The position numbers were made by a program, and so were the translations under genes. Under the pieces are notes generated by a model, which saw only the letters and a program-made list of their open reading frames with translations, was not told the DNA's origin and did no database searches. Source: Dendrobates tinctorius (lineage: Eukaryota). From it: a DNA stretch of 64,000 nt. The DNA lies in assembly GCF_039654945.1 (NCBI RefSeq), contig NW_027361696.1, forward strand, positions 19,592,001 through 19,656,000. The letters run 5' to 3'. Numbering within the stretch: position 1 is the stretch's first letter; each line of letters starts with the position of its first letter. Shown piece by piece: positions 41,601-53,200 of the stretch.

Positions 41601-44600
41601 GCCGCTCTGGTATCATTGAACTCTGCACCACCGGCCACTCTGGTATCAGTGAGCGCTGCACCACTGGCCACTCTGGTATCAGTGAGCGCTGCACCACTCA
41701 GGGGCGTATCTAGGGGGGGCAGCCGGGGCAGCTGCCCCGGGCGCAGCCGGGCAGGGGGCGCAGTCCGGGCCACCTAATGCAGCGGTCCGCAGTGTCCTCC
41801 CAATGGCGGCTGCGTTCTGCCGCCCCCCTGGCCTGAGAGTCGGCGGTTCTCTGTGTTAGCTGTCAAGCTGGCAGCTGGCGCAGAGAAGGAGCGCGTGCCT
41901 GCTGCCAGGGAACAATTGTACTGACATCTGTATAGACGCCAGTACAATTGCAGCTCTGACCGCCGGGCCAGAGCGACGTCAGCAGCGTGACATGTCATGT
42001 GATCACGCTGCTGACGTCACTCCCCGGCGCCCAGAGTGAACGCTCAGCGCTGGTGGTAAGTGTGCTCCAATGTGGAGCTGAAGAAACCACCGAAGATGGG
42101 GGGTGTTAATGTGTGGCGATGGGGTTAATGCGTGGGGGGGTTAATGAGTGGAGATGAGGTTAATGTGGGGATGGGGATTAATGTGTGGGGGGGTTAAAGA
42201 GTGGGGATGGGGTTAATGTGTGGGGGTTAATGAGTGGGGATGGGGGTTAATGTGGGGATGGGGTTAATGTGTAGTGGGGTTAATAAGTGGGGATGGGGTT
42301 ACTGTGTGTGGGGTAAAGAGTGGGGATGGGGTTAATGTGTGGGGGGTTAATGAGTGGGGATGGGGTTATTGAATGAGGATGGAATTAATTTGTGGAGGGT
42401 TAATGAGTGGGGATGGAATTAATGTGTGGGGGTTAATGAATGGGGATAGGGGTTAATGTGTGGGGGGTTAATGAGTGGGGATGGGGGTTAATGTGGGGAT
42501 GGGGGTTATTGAGTGGGGATGGAATTAATTTGTGGAGTGTTAATGAGTGGGGATGGGGGTTATTGTTTGGGGGGGTTAATGAGTAGGGATGGGGTTAATA
42601 TGTGGGGGATTTGGAGTGGGGGGTACATAATGTGTGGGGGGGATTTGGGAGTGGGGATGGGGGGTTATTAATGTGTGTGAGGGATTTGGAGTGTGGATGG
42701 GGGGGTATTTAATGTGTGTGAGGGATTTGGAGTGGGGATGGGGGGATTTAATGTGTGTGGGGAGATTTGAGGACACAGAGTATGTATGAGGAAACAGTAT
42801 GGGGGTTGGGTGCAGACAGTATGGGGAGCGAACGGGTTAATGTATGTGTACACAGTATAGGGAGTCGGGGGTATGTGTGAGCAGGCAGTATAGAGAGTGA
42901 GGGGGTAAATATATGAGGAGACAGTATGGTGAACAGAGGGATGTGAGAGGAGACAGTATGAGGAGGGAGGGGAATAGTGTGAGGCGACAGTATATTGCAG
43001 ATATTTGTATTTAGGAGCATTATAATGACACTTCTATCTTTAGGGGCGTCGTGTGGAGATGTGCGGCACAAGACCGGAGAAGATGGAAGTCTGCAGAGAT
43101 GGCTGTGGATGAGAAAACTCATCATGGGGTCTGGACAAGAAGAAGAAAAGGAGAACGACTCCAGAGACGTCATCTATAAGGTACCTGGATGTAAATGTTA
43201 TTTGTGCTACTGACTAATTCTCATGTTTTTATTTTTTAGGAACATTAATGGGGTTGTCCAGGTTTGTGCTGAGTCTGCTGTCATTCTATGTGACTGCAGA
43301 CTTCTGAATTCTCACAGTGCTCACTGAACGCTGTCAGGATTCTCTCATGCCGGTAATTTACATACAGGCGGTCACATGCTGACTAGACGTGTGTGGCCTC
43401 ACTCAATGAAAATGAACGGAGCGAGGCCGGGCACGTCTAGTCGGAATGTGGCCAGAAGTATATAAATCACATACTTGTGCTGTCATGACTGTACATCGGC
43501 AAGTGAGAATCCTTAGTGTGCAGTGCATTCGTTGTGAGACTTCAGAAGCTGCAATGTCAGGATTCAGCTCTGCAGGTTCCAGTTGTCATCATATGGACAC
43601 TTCACTCATATGCGATTTTATACTTGACAACGAGCTTCTCTTCCTGCTTTCAGTTTTTTACTGAACATTGAGAGCATTAGGGAGAGCAGCTCGTGGGTAC
43701 ATGGCTCAGTGTGCAAGTCGCATATGTACTTGGGGGGGGGGGGGCGCCGAACCAAATTCTTGCCCCGGGTGCCAGGAAGCCTAGATACGCCTCTGGCACC
43801 ACTGGCCACTCTGGTATCTGTGAGCTCTGCACCACCGGCCACGCTGGTATCGGTGAGCTCTGCTCCACCAGCCGCTCTGGTATCAGTGAGCTTTGCACCA
43901 CCGGTCTCTCTGGTATCAGTGAGCTCTGCACCACTGGCCGCTCTGGTATCGGTGAGCTCTGCACCACCGGCCACTCTGCTATCAGTGAGCTCTGCACCAC
44001 CGGCCGCTCTGGTATCGGTGAGCTCTGCACCACCGGCCGCTCTGGTATCAGTGAGCTCTGCACCACCGGCCACTCTGGTATCAGTGAGCTCTGCACCACC
44101 GGCCACTCTGGTATCAGTGAGCTCTGCACCGCACCACCGGCCGCTCTGTTAACTGTGAGCTCTGCACCACCGGCCGCTCTGGGATCAGTGAGCTCTGCAC
44201 CACCGGCCGCTCTGGGATCAGTGAGCTCTGCACCACCGGCCACTCTGCTATCAGTGAGCTCTGCACCACCGGCCGCTCTGGTATCTGTGAGCTCTGCACC
44301 ACCGGCCGCTCTGGTATCAGTGAGCTCTGCACCGCACCACCGGCCGCTCTGTTACCTGTGAGCTCTGCACCACTGGCCGCTCTGGTATCAGTGAGCTCTG
44401 CACCACCGGCCGCTCTGGGATCAGTGAGCTCTGCACCACTGGCCGCTCTGCTATCAGAGAGCTCTGCACTACCGACTGCTCTGGTATCAGTGAGCTTTGC
44501 ACCACCGAACACTCTGCTATCAGTGAGCTCTGCACCACCGGCCGCTCTGGTGTCAGTGAGCTCTGCACCACCAGCCGCTCTGGTGTCTGAGCTCTGCACC

Positions 44601-45790
44601 ACCGGCCTCTCTGGTATCAGTGAGCTCTGCATCACCGGCCACTCTGCTATCAGTGAGCTTTGCACCACCGACCGCTCTGGTATCAGTGAGCTCTGCATCA
44701 CCGGCCGCTCTGGTGTCAGTGAGCTTTGCACCACAGGTCGCTCTGGTATCAGTGAGCTCTGCACCGCACCACCGGCCGCTCTGTTACCTGTGAGCTCTGT
44801 ACCACCGGCCGCTCTGGTATCTGAGCTCTGCACCACCGGCCACTCTGGTGTCAGTGAGCTTTGCACCACCGACCGCTCTGGTATCAGTGAGCTCTGCACC
44901 ACTGGCCGCTCTGGTATCCGTGAGATCTGCACCACCGGCCGCTCTGGTATCAGTGAGCTCTGCACCACCGGCCGCTCTGGTATCAGTGAGCTCTGCACCA
45001 CTGGCCGCTATGGTATCAGTGAGCTCTGCACCACTGGCCGTTCTGGTATCAGTGAGCTCTGCACCACCGGCCGCTCTGGTATCAGTGAGCTTTGCACCAC
45101 CGGCCACTCTGGTATCAGTGAGCTCTGCATCACCGGCCACTCTGGTATCAGTGAGCTCTGCACCACTGGCCGCTCTGGTATCAGTGAGCTTTGCACCACC
45201 GGCCACTCTGGTATCAGTGAGCTCTGCACCACTGGCCGCTCTGGTATCAGTGAGCTCTGCACCACCGGCCGCTCTGGTATCAGTGAGCTCTGCACCACCG
45301 GCCACTCTGGTATCAGTGAGCTCTGCACCACCGGCCGCTCTGGTATCCGTGAGCTCTGCACCACTGGCCGCTCTGGTATCCGTGAGATCTGCACCACCGG
45401 CCGCTCTGGTATCAGTGAGCTCTGCACCACCGGCCGCTCTGGTATCAGTGAGCTCTGCACCACTGGCCGCTCTGGTATCAGTGAGCTCTGCACCACTGGC
45501 CGCTCTGGTATCAGTGAGCTTTGCACCACTGGCCTCTCTGGTATCAGCTCTTACCCCAACGGCCCGCTCTGGTGTCAGTGAGCTCTGCACCACCGGCCGC
45601 TCTGGTATCAGTGAGCTCTGCACCACTGGCCGCTCTGGTATCAGTGAGCTCTGCACCACTGGCCGCTCTGGTATCAGTGAGCTTTGCACCACTGGCCTCT
45701 CTGGTATCAGCTCTTACCCCAACGGCCCGCTCTGGTGTCAGTGAGCTCTGCACCACCGGCCGCTGTGGTATCACTGAACTCTGCACCACT
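38670..45790. repeat. 33-bp tandem array (blocks 38670-41698 and 43796-45790) split by a hAT insertion
   Basis: Unit GAGCTCTGCACCACCGGCCGCTCTGGTATCAGT; it explains the 11-aa periodic ORFs in four frames. Confidence 0.97.
41699..43795. mobile_element. non-autonomous hAT element (2.1 kb) inserted in the 33-bp array
   Basis: TIR CAGGGGCGTATCTAGG / CCTAGATACGCCTCTG with 8-bp TSD GCACCACT at 41691-41698 and 43796-43803. Internal G-rich GGGGATGGGGTTAATG repeats at ~42100-42770. No transposase ORF. Confidence 0.92.
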
Positions 45791-46242
45791 CAGCGCCTCT
45801 CTGTCCTCCATGCGCCTCTCTGTCTTCCATGCACCCCTAGGTCCTTCATGGGCCCTTGTGTCCTCTATGGCCCTTCTGTCCTCCGTGCGCCCTCTGTCTT
45901 CCATGCGCCCCTAAGTCCTCTGTGTGCCCATCTGTCCTCCGTGCGCCCCTCGGTCCTCCGTACGCACCCGACCCCCATGCGACACCAGGTATTACCAGTC
46001 TGCCCTCTGCTTTCCTATCTTTGTAGCACTGTGGTAATGAAAGCTGTGGATATTTTCGGAGCTGAACACAGAAATGTATTTATACTCAAGGTCTTATGAT
46101 TCGTATAGTAAATATTCCACATGGTGGGAATGACATCAGATACAGTACAGGCTGCAGTGCACACACAAGATAAAACACCTCCGTATATGCTGCAGCTGCG
46201 GGAATAAGTGGATCACTCTCCAACATGATTCCCATGGTAGTA

Positions 46243-46900
46243 GCAGTGCTTCTGGTGGTTGGGGGTGAGTATAGTCAGTGTTCCTGGTGGCTGCGGATGA
46301 GTAGTGTCAGTGCTCCTGGTGCCTGGGGGTGAGTAATGTCATTGTTCCTGGTGGCTGGGGTAATTAGTGGTAGTACCCCTAGTGGCTGGGGGTGAGTAGT
46401 ATCAGTGCTACTGATGGCTGGGGATGTGTAGTGTCAGTGTTCTTGGTGACTGGGGATGAGTAATGCTACTGTTCCTGGGGATGAGTAGTGTCAGTGTTCC
46501 TGGTGGCTGGGGATGAGCAATGTCAGTGTTACTGGTAGCTGGGGTAACTAGTGGTAGTGCCCCTAGTGGCTGGGAATGACCAGTGTCAGTGTTACTGGTG
46601 GCTGGGGTAAGTAGTGGTAGTACCCCTAGTGGCTGGAGATGAGTAGTGTCCGTGCTCCTGGTGGCTGTAGATTAGCAGTGTCAGTGCTCCTGGTGGCTGG
46701 GGATGAGTAGTGTCAGTGTCCCTGGTGGCTGGGGATGAGTAGTGTCAGTGTCCCTGGTGGCTGGGGATGAGTAGTGTCAGTGTTCCTGATAGCTGAGGAT
46801 GAGTAGTGTCAGTGCTCCTGGTGGCTGGGGATGAGTAGTGTCAGTGCTCCTGGTGGCTGGGGATGAGTAGTGGTAGTGCCCCTATTGGCTGGGGATGAGT
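46243..46900. repeat. 32-bp minisatellite beginning inside pseudogene exon 1
   Basis: Unit GTCAGTGCTCCTGGTGGCTGGGGATGAGTAGT, about 20 copies. Confidence 0.9.
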
Positions 46901-46904
46901 GTGA

Positions 46905-47335
46905 TCATGACTTCTCTTTCATAAAGTATGTTGTTTTCATAGAGCACTGGTCTCAAACTCACCCCCATGGCTTCTTTTTCTTAAAGTACTGTATATTGCT
47001 TTCATTGAGCACTGGTCTCACATTCTCCCCCATGGCTTCTCTTTCTTAAAGTATATTATTTTTATAGAACACTGGCCTCACACTTGCCCCCATGGCTTCT
47101 CTTTCTTAAAGTATATTGCTTTCATAGAAGACAGCCTCAAACTCACCCCCATGGCTTCTCTTTCTTAAAGTATATTATTTTTATAGAACACTGGCCTCAC
47201 ACTCGCCCCATAGCTTCTCTTTCTTATAATTTTCATAGAGCACTGGCCTAACACTCACCCCCATGGCTTCTCTTTCTTAAAGTATATTGTTCTCATAGAA
47301 CACTGGCCTCAAAACTCGCCCCCTTGGCTTTTTTT
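46905..47335. repeat. ~58-bp minisatellite ending at the pseudogene exon 4 acceptor
   Basis: Recurrent CCCCATGGCTTCTCTTTCTTAAAGTATATT...CATAGAGCACTGG. Confidence 0.88.
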
Positions 47336-47632
47336 CAGTTCCTCCAACATGTTAGGCGTCATCTTGAGCAAACACAACTTTTGGGTATCGGAGGCCGGTC
47401 AGAAGACCATCAGTGTTGTCAAACTGATCATTCAAGATGGAACCCAGACTCTCCACAGGGTAACTGCTTCAGAAATCCATCCATATGCGTTAATATATCA
47501 ATTTCTATTGATTGAAATATGAGTCTTTGTGTAACACATATCACTAACATAGGTGCAAACAAGCCCCAATTTGGTTCACTGACCAAACTCCTAAAAGTCG
47601 TGAACTTTTTATTTGGTTTCTCATTGCCCTAA

Positions 47633-48027
47633 AGGTACTGTCACAATTAGCGATGTACCAGCGATCCCGACCAGCGATATGACGCGGTCAGGATCACTTG
47701 TACATCGCTAAGTGGTCGCTAGTAAGCTGCCACACAGGCAGATCTCACCAGCGACATCACAGGGGTCGGGGGTCGCTACTTACCTGTCAGACGAGGCGAT
47801 CCAGACGTCCTCCCGCCTGCGTCCACGTGTCGCTCGTCGCCACAGCAGGAAGCTGACGATGAGAAACGGTCCAGGACGTTCTCGCGCGATCAGCGATAAC
47901 CAGCGGGGGAGCGGTCGGAGGTAAGTATCACACATAGCGATATCGCTAGCAATATCGCTATAACGTCACAAAAACCAGTGACGTTATAGCGATATTGCTA
48001 ATGATATCGCTTAGTGTGACAGGCCCT
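47633..48027. mobile_element. Harbinger-like MITE
   Basis: Imperfect TIR AGGTACTGTCACA / TGTGACAGGCCCT flanked by TAA, with internal AGCGAT/ATCGCT palindromic modules. Confidence 0.8.
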
Positions 48028-48505
48028 TAAGGCCAATATCACAATCAACCAAGGGAAAAGGAAACCAGGTTGAGAGCTTGGCAGGGCTCCTCTGTCCTAC
48101 AAGGAAGGCTCATGGTATTCGTATTATTTTCCCCAATGACAATTCTCTTTTGAAGCTGGAACCAGTAGAATTTAGTGACACAATCCACCCTGCATGCCTG
48201 CCCCTGCTGTTTATATCCTTTATCATAAATTCACCTGCTATGTCACTGGATGGGGTAACGTACTAAGTAGGTGATGTAGCATTTTTTAAATTAATATTAA
48301 TTGGTGCTGGCCTGTGATGTCCCCATAGCGGTTCCATAGGATTGTATAAAAATGTTTCTGGGAGCCCCCAAATTATATAAAATTATAATGAGACTTTAGT
48401 TTTCTATTGTTTAGTATCACAACAAATTTAGGAATTTGCTTGATGAGAGGATACAGAGGTGTAATTTGAAGGCTCTAGGCCCTAATGCAACATATGTAAC
48501 ATCTA

Positions 48506-48845
48506 CAGGGGTTGGACAAAACAATACAAACACCTGGAAACATCAACAAAAGTTAGTTTAATATGGTGTAGGTCCACCTTTTGCGGCGATTACAGCCTCA
48601 ATTCTCCGAGGTATGGATTCATACAAGGTGTGAATTGTTTCCAAAGGAATTTTAGCCCATTCTTCAGTTAAAACACCCTCCAGTTCTTTGAGCGACGATG
48701 GCGGCGGAAATCGACGTCTTAACTTAAATCTCTAAAATCGACCATAAATGCTAAATAATGTTGAGGTCTGGGGATTGTGGGGGCCAGATGAGATGCTCAA
48801 CTTCATTAGAATGTTCCTCTTGCCATGCTTTAACGATTCTAGCGG
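48506..48845 (-). mobile_element. truncated Tc1 element (one terminus and transposase C-terminal part)
   Basis: TA-CAGGGGTTGGACAAAA terminus; the minus strand reads HLIWPPQSPDLNII (Tc1 WPxxSPDLN motif). It ends abruptly at gypsy-associated sequence. Confidence 0.8.
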
Positions 48846-50281
48846 TCTGTGACTTGTGACTTTGTCGAGAAGGAGGCTGAGAGTCAGTCTCCACATCCGT
48901 CAAGCATCCCGTCTGTGACTTGTGACATTGTCGAGAAGGAGGCTGAGAGTCAGTCTCCACATCCGTCAAGCAACCGGTCTGTGACTTGTGACATTAGCAA
49001 CAAGGGGGCTGAGAGTCAGTCTCCACCTCCGTCAAGTGACCGTCCCAAGGTAATTACCGTGGCTTCCATCAAGTTGACGCCCCAGCGTCCAGGGGAGACC
49101 TTTGTGTCTAAAGGTAACCGTAAAGGTGTGTTATCCTGGGGACATTCTTCTCCGGCTGCCGGTCATGTTGGTGTCAAGAGGACACTCTCCCGCTTATCCC
49201 ACGATTACTGGTGGCCGTCTATTGCTCAGGACGTCAAAGACTTCGTGGCTGCTTGCCCATCGTGTGCCAAGAAGAGACTTCCCCAGCAACCATCCTCCGA
49301 CAGCTCGCCTCCTAAGGATGAATTGACTTCCAATGACTGCACCACCGCTTCGGCCTCCAAGCATGTCAGTGTGCCTCTGCTGGTTCGACCTGTCTCGGGG
49401 ATACCTGCCTCCGACTCTCTGTCCGTGGAGTTCTCCAGGGTATGGCAGGAGACCGAATTTTCTCGTATTGCGACTCTGGATCTCATTGGTCCTCATGCGG
49501 TTAGGAAGTGTCTGGATCCCGCTCCTAGTGTCAAGGTGCTATTTTCCAGTTCTAGAGAGAGGGGGCTTAAAGGAGGGGGTACTGTTATGCCGCGCTCACC
49601 AGGAGGCGGGGCTTTGGCCCCGACGTCACTCCCTCCGGTACGGCGGTCCCTCAGGGGTCCCCGTCGGGTGCGCACGTGCAGCTCTCGTCCCCGGGTCTCC
49701 TCCTCCATGTCACGTTTGCGCATGAGCGCTCCTGTCAGTGCTGTATAGGGCTCAGTCCTCTCTATGGTATTGGAGGACCTGACCCGGAACCACTAGTGGT
49801 CATGTGCTTTCTGGCTAGGTCCTGACCCGGAACCAGTAGTAGTCATGTGCTATATCAGACCACCTCCCCCTAGGGGAGGTGCCTGATTATTGTTGTTGTG
49901 CTTCCTGGCTGGGTCAGCTGTGTCCCAGCCTGGCTGTGCGCTGTTCTCAGGTCCTCTGCTCTGTCTGCTATTCTGTGGTGCTCCTAGCACTTGCTCTGAA
50001 CCCTTGTTGCTTCATGCTCAGTTGTGCCTCCTGGCACATCCCCTCATATCCTGTCCCTTGTTTCTTGCTCAGCCGTGCCTCCTGGCATTCACTCTATTCC
50101 TGTGTTCTGTTACACCACCTGGCATGACTGTTGCCTCATTCTGTACCCTGTCGTGCTCCTTGCACGCGTCCTGCTTTGCCCACCTTCGGATGGGTTACTT
50201 GCTACATGCCTTATGTGCCCACGTGTACCCGTCTAGCACTATCCTGTATTCAGCGCACTCCCGTGTACTCTCCTGTGTTCC

Positions 50282-53200
50282 TGTCACGTCGCCGTCAGAC
50301 TCGGGGCCCGCTGTTCCGCCCTCAGCCACTAGGAGGCGACGGACTGTCACGCCGCCCTCGGGCTCGGGGCCTGCTGTCCAGGCCTCGGCCACCAGGAGAC
50401 GCCGGACTGACATGTCGTCGTCGATCTCGGGGCCTGCTGTTCCGCCCTCAACCACTAGGAGGCGCCGTGCCTCGCGCCCGAGTGAGGGCGGCAACAATGA
50501 AAGGGCTTCTGCGCAGGCGTCTACTGGACGCAGACTCCGCTCCTCTGTCAGTCATGAAGGGGCTGGTGCATCATCATCAGGTCTGGTCCTGGGGGCATCA
50601 CCAGCCCAGGAGCCTGTGAGGGACGACCTGATCCCTCAAATACCTTGGGACTGGGCTTGCAAGCCGCCGGATATATTCTTGGTTCCCCTACGTGTTACTT
50701 GTGATTGCCTATCGTTAACTCCGACCTCAGCCTGAACTTCTGACTACTCTGTTGCCTGCCGTTTTTGTACCCTGCATTTCTCCTGATTACTGACGCTGAC
50801 CTTGGCCTGGATTCCTGACCCCTCTACTACCTGACGATTTTGTACCTCCGCTACTCTCCCGGTTTTTGACCTCTGCCTGGACTCTCGACTCTGCCTGCCG
50901 TTTCTGTACCTCCGCTGCTCGCCTGGTTTCCGACTCCGTTTTTGGCTCCCTTCCTGCTGTTCTATTGCGACCGTTCTGCTCTGGCACTCTGCTCCTGTTC
51001 AGACAGCGCTTCCTGGGCTCTGCAGTAAATCCAGATCCCTGTATAGGGGTAAAGGGTGTCGGTGCTACTCGGGGCGCTGTCTGTCTGCAGCCCAGACCGC
51101 AGACGGACGCGACATTATATCCGGCCCAAATAAAACTGTCTCTTGTGTGTGTATATATATATATCACACCTATATGAAGACAGTTTCTCTGAATTTTTTT
51201 TTTCCTTTCCTCTCTTGCCTGAGCTGATTGTTGGACTAAAACACCTGTTACTAAGCCTCAGTATACAGCCTGGAGGATCAGTCTCACCTTCCTGCTCGAG
51301 CATGCTGCAGTTAGGAGACTCCAGGGACAAAGCTGAACGTCAGAGATCCGTACCCCAGGAACATCAGCCTCTGAGCAGCTCTGGCTATGGTTGCGCAGAG
51401 GCTCAGGTATTGCCCGCAGATGCGGCCAAAGTTTTACTACCTATTTCATTGTATGTTGGTCAGGATTCTCTGTGTTTAAAAGCCTATGTCGATAGCGGGT
51501 CTGAAGGGAATTTTATGGACTCTTTTGCTGCTAAAAAACTTGGTGTCCCACTACTGAAACTTAATATTCCAATTAAAACCACGGCTATTAATGGCACATC
51601 CATTATTCAGGAGGGGGTTAAATTTGTTACTGCTAAGATAACTATGTCAGTAGGAGCACTACATACTGAGCTTATTTCCTTTTTTGTGTTGGACAATCTA
51701 TCTTCTGCAGTCATTTTGGGAATGCCGTGGCTACGTCAACATAACCCTGTCATTGACTGGCACCTGGGTGATGTGGTGCGCTGGAGTTCGCAATGCCAGG
51801 ATAATTGCATGTCTGTAGCAGTAAATCAAACCAAGCTAAAAAAACACCCCTTCATACCGTTTGCTCTCAGGGATTATGGAGATGTCTTTTCCGTTATAGA
51901 GTCTGAGAAACTACCGCCCCACAGAGAGTATGATTGTCCTATAAACCTAATTCCAGATGCCCGTCTTCCAAAAGGGAGAATATTTAATCTCTCTGGTCCA
52001 GAGCGTCAGGCCATGAATGAATACATAGCGGATAGCTTAAGAAAGGGGTTCATTAGACCATCTATTTCACCAGTTGGAGCTGGGTTCTTCTTTGTAGAGA
52101 AGAAAGATGGTGGTCTCAGACCCTGCATTGACTACCGGGAATTAAACGCAATCACTATAAAGAACCAGTACCCGCTTCCACTCATCCCTGATCTTTTTAA
52201 TCAGCTAATTGGAGCCCGTTGGTTTACTAAACTTGACCTCCGGGGGGCATACAATCTAATCCGCATAAGAGACGGCGATGAGTGGAAGACAGCGTTTAAT
52301 ACACCTCTTGGTCACTTTGAGTACCTAGTAATGCCTTTCGGACTCAGCAATGCTCCTGCAGTGTTTCAGCACTTTGTTAATGATATTTTCAGGGACATCT
52401 GTGGTGTGTATGTCGTTGTGTACTTGGATGATATTTTGATTTACTCCACTGACCCTGTGACACATGCTCAACACGTCCGTTCAGTACTGCAGAGACTACG
52501 GGAGAACTCCTTGTTTGCTAAGTTGGAGAAATGTGTCTTTTTCGCTGAGGAGGTACAATTTTTGGGGTACATGGTCTCAGGCAGGGGGTTCCGCATGTAT
52601 CCTGCCAAGATCCAACCTATTAAGGCGTGGGTGCAACCCAAATCGCTGAAAGCATTGCAGCGATTTTTGGGATTTGCCAATTACTACCGTAAGTTTATCA
52701 AGAGTTTTTCTGAGATTGCCAAGCCACTCACGGATCTAACCCGAAAGGGGGCGGACGTGACCAACTGGAATCCCGAGGCCATTCAAGCATTTTCTACGTT
52801 AAAAGAATGCTTTGTGGCCAACCCGGTTTTAGTACAACCTGACTTAGACCGCCCATTTAATGTGGAGGTGGATGCCTCCGAAGTCGGAGTGGGAGCAGTG
52901 CTATCGCAAGGCACTGCAGCCCTCACTCAGCTGCTCCCATGTGCTTTTTTTTCCCGAAAGTTCTCTGCCACAGAGAAGAACTATGATATTGGGAATCGGG
53001 AATTACTAGCAATCAAATGGGCCTTCGAGGAATGGCGTCACTTTCTCGAAGGCGCCAAACACAAGGTCACCGTCATTACAGACCACAAAAACCTGACCTA
53101 CCTGGAGTCAGCTAAAAGACTGAATTCCAGGCAGGCCAGGTGGGCCTTGTTCTTTTCAAGGTTCGATTTTTTTAATCACCTTTCGCCCTGGCACGAAAAA

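Larger units (their letters stand above)
46225..48266 (+). pseudogene. decayed chymotrypsin-like elastase (CELA2-like) paralog: remnants of exons 1, 4 and 5
   Basis: Exon 1 46225-46264 (MIPMVVAVLLVVG, then G|gtgagt; 40 nt, same as exon 1 of the neighbouring intact gene). Exon 4 remnant 47339-47459 (SSNMLGVILSKHNFWVSEAGQKTISVVKLI, then WNPD in a shifted frame). Exon 5 remnant ~48134-48266 (NDNSLLKLEPVEFSDTIHPACLP, frameshift, TCYVTGWGNVL|gt) with the acceptor AG lost. Exons 2-3 and 6-8 were not found. Confidence 0.82.

Noticed and set aside
38543-41777. 600-1050 aa ORFs resembling mucin or antifreeze-like repeat proteins
   Set aside because: They are open on both strands in four frames purely because of a 33-bp stop-free unit; there is no signal peptide or splice context, and a transposon interrupts the array.
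49890-50735. 281-aa ORF as a possible gag or env
   Set aside because: It spans the junction between two unrelated LTRs created by the insertion and has no capsid, zinc-knuckle or env features.
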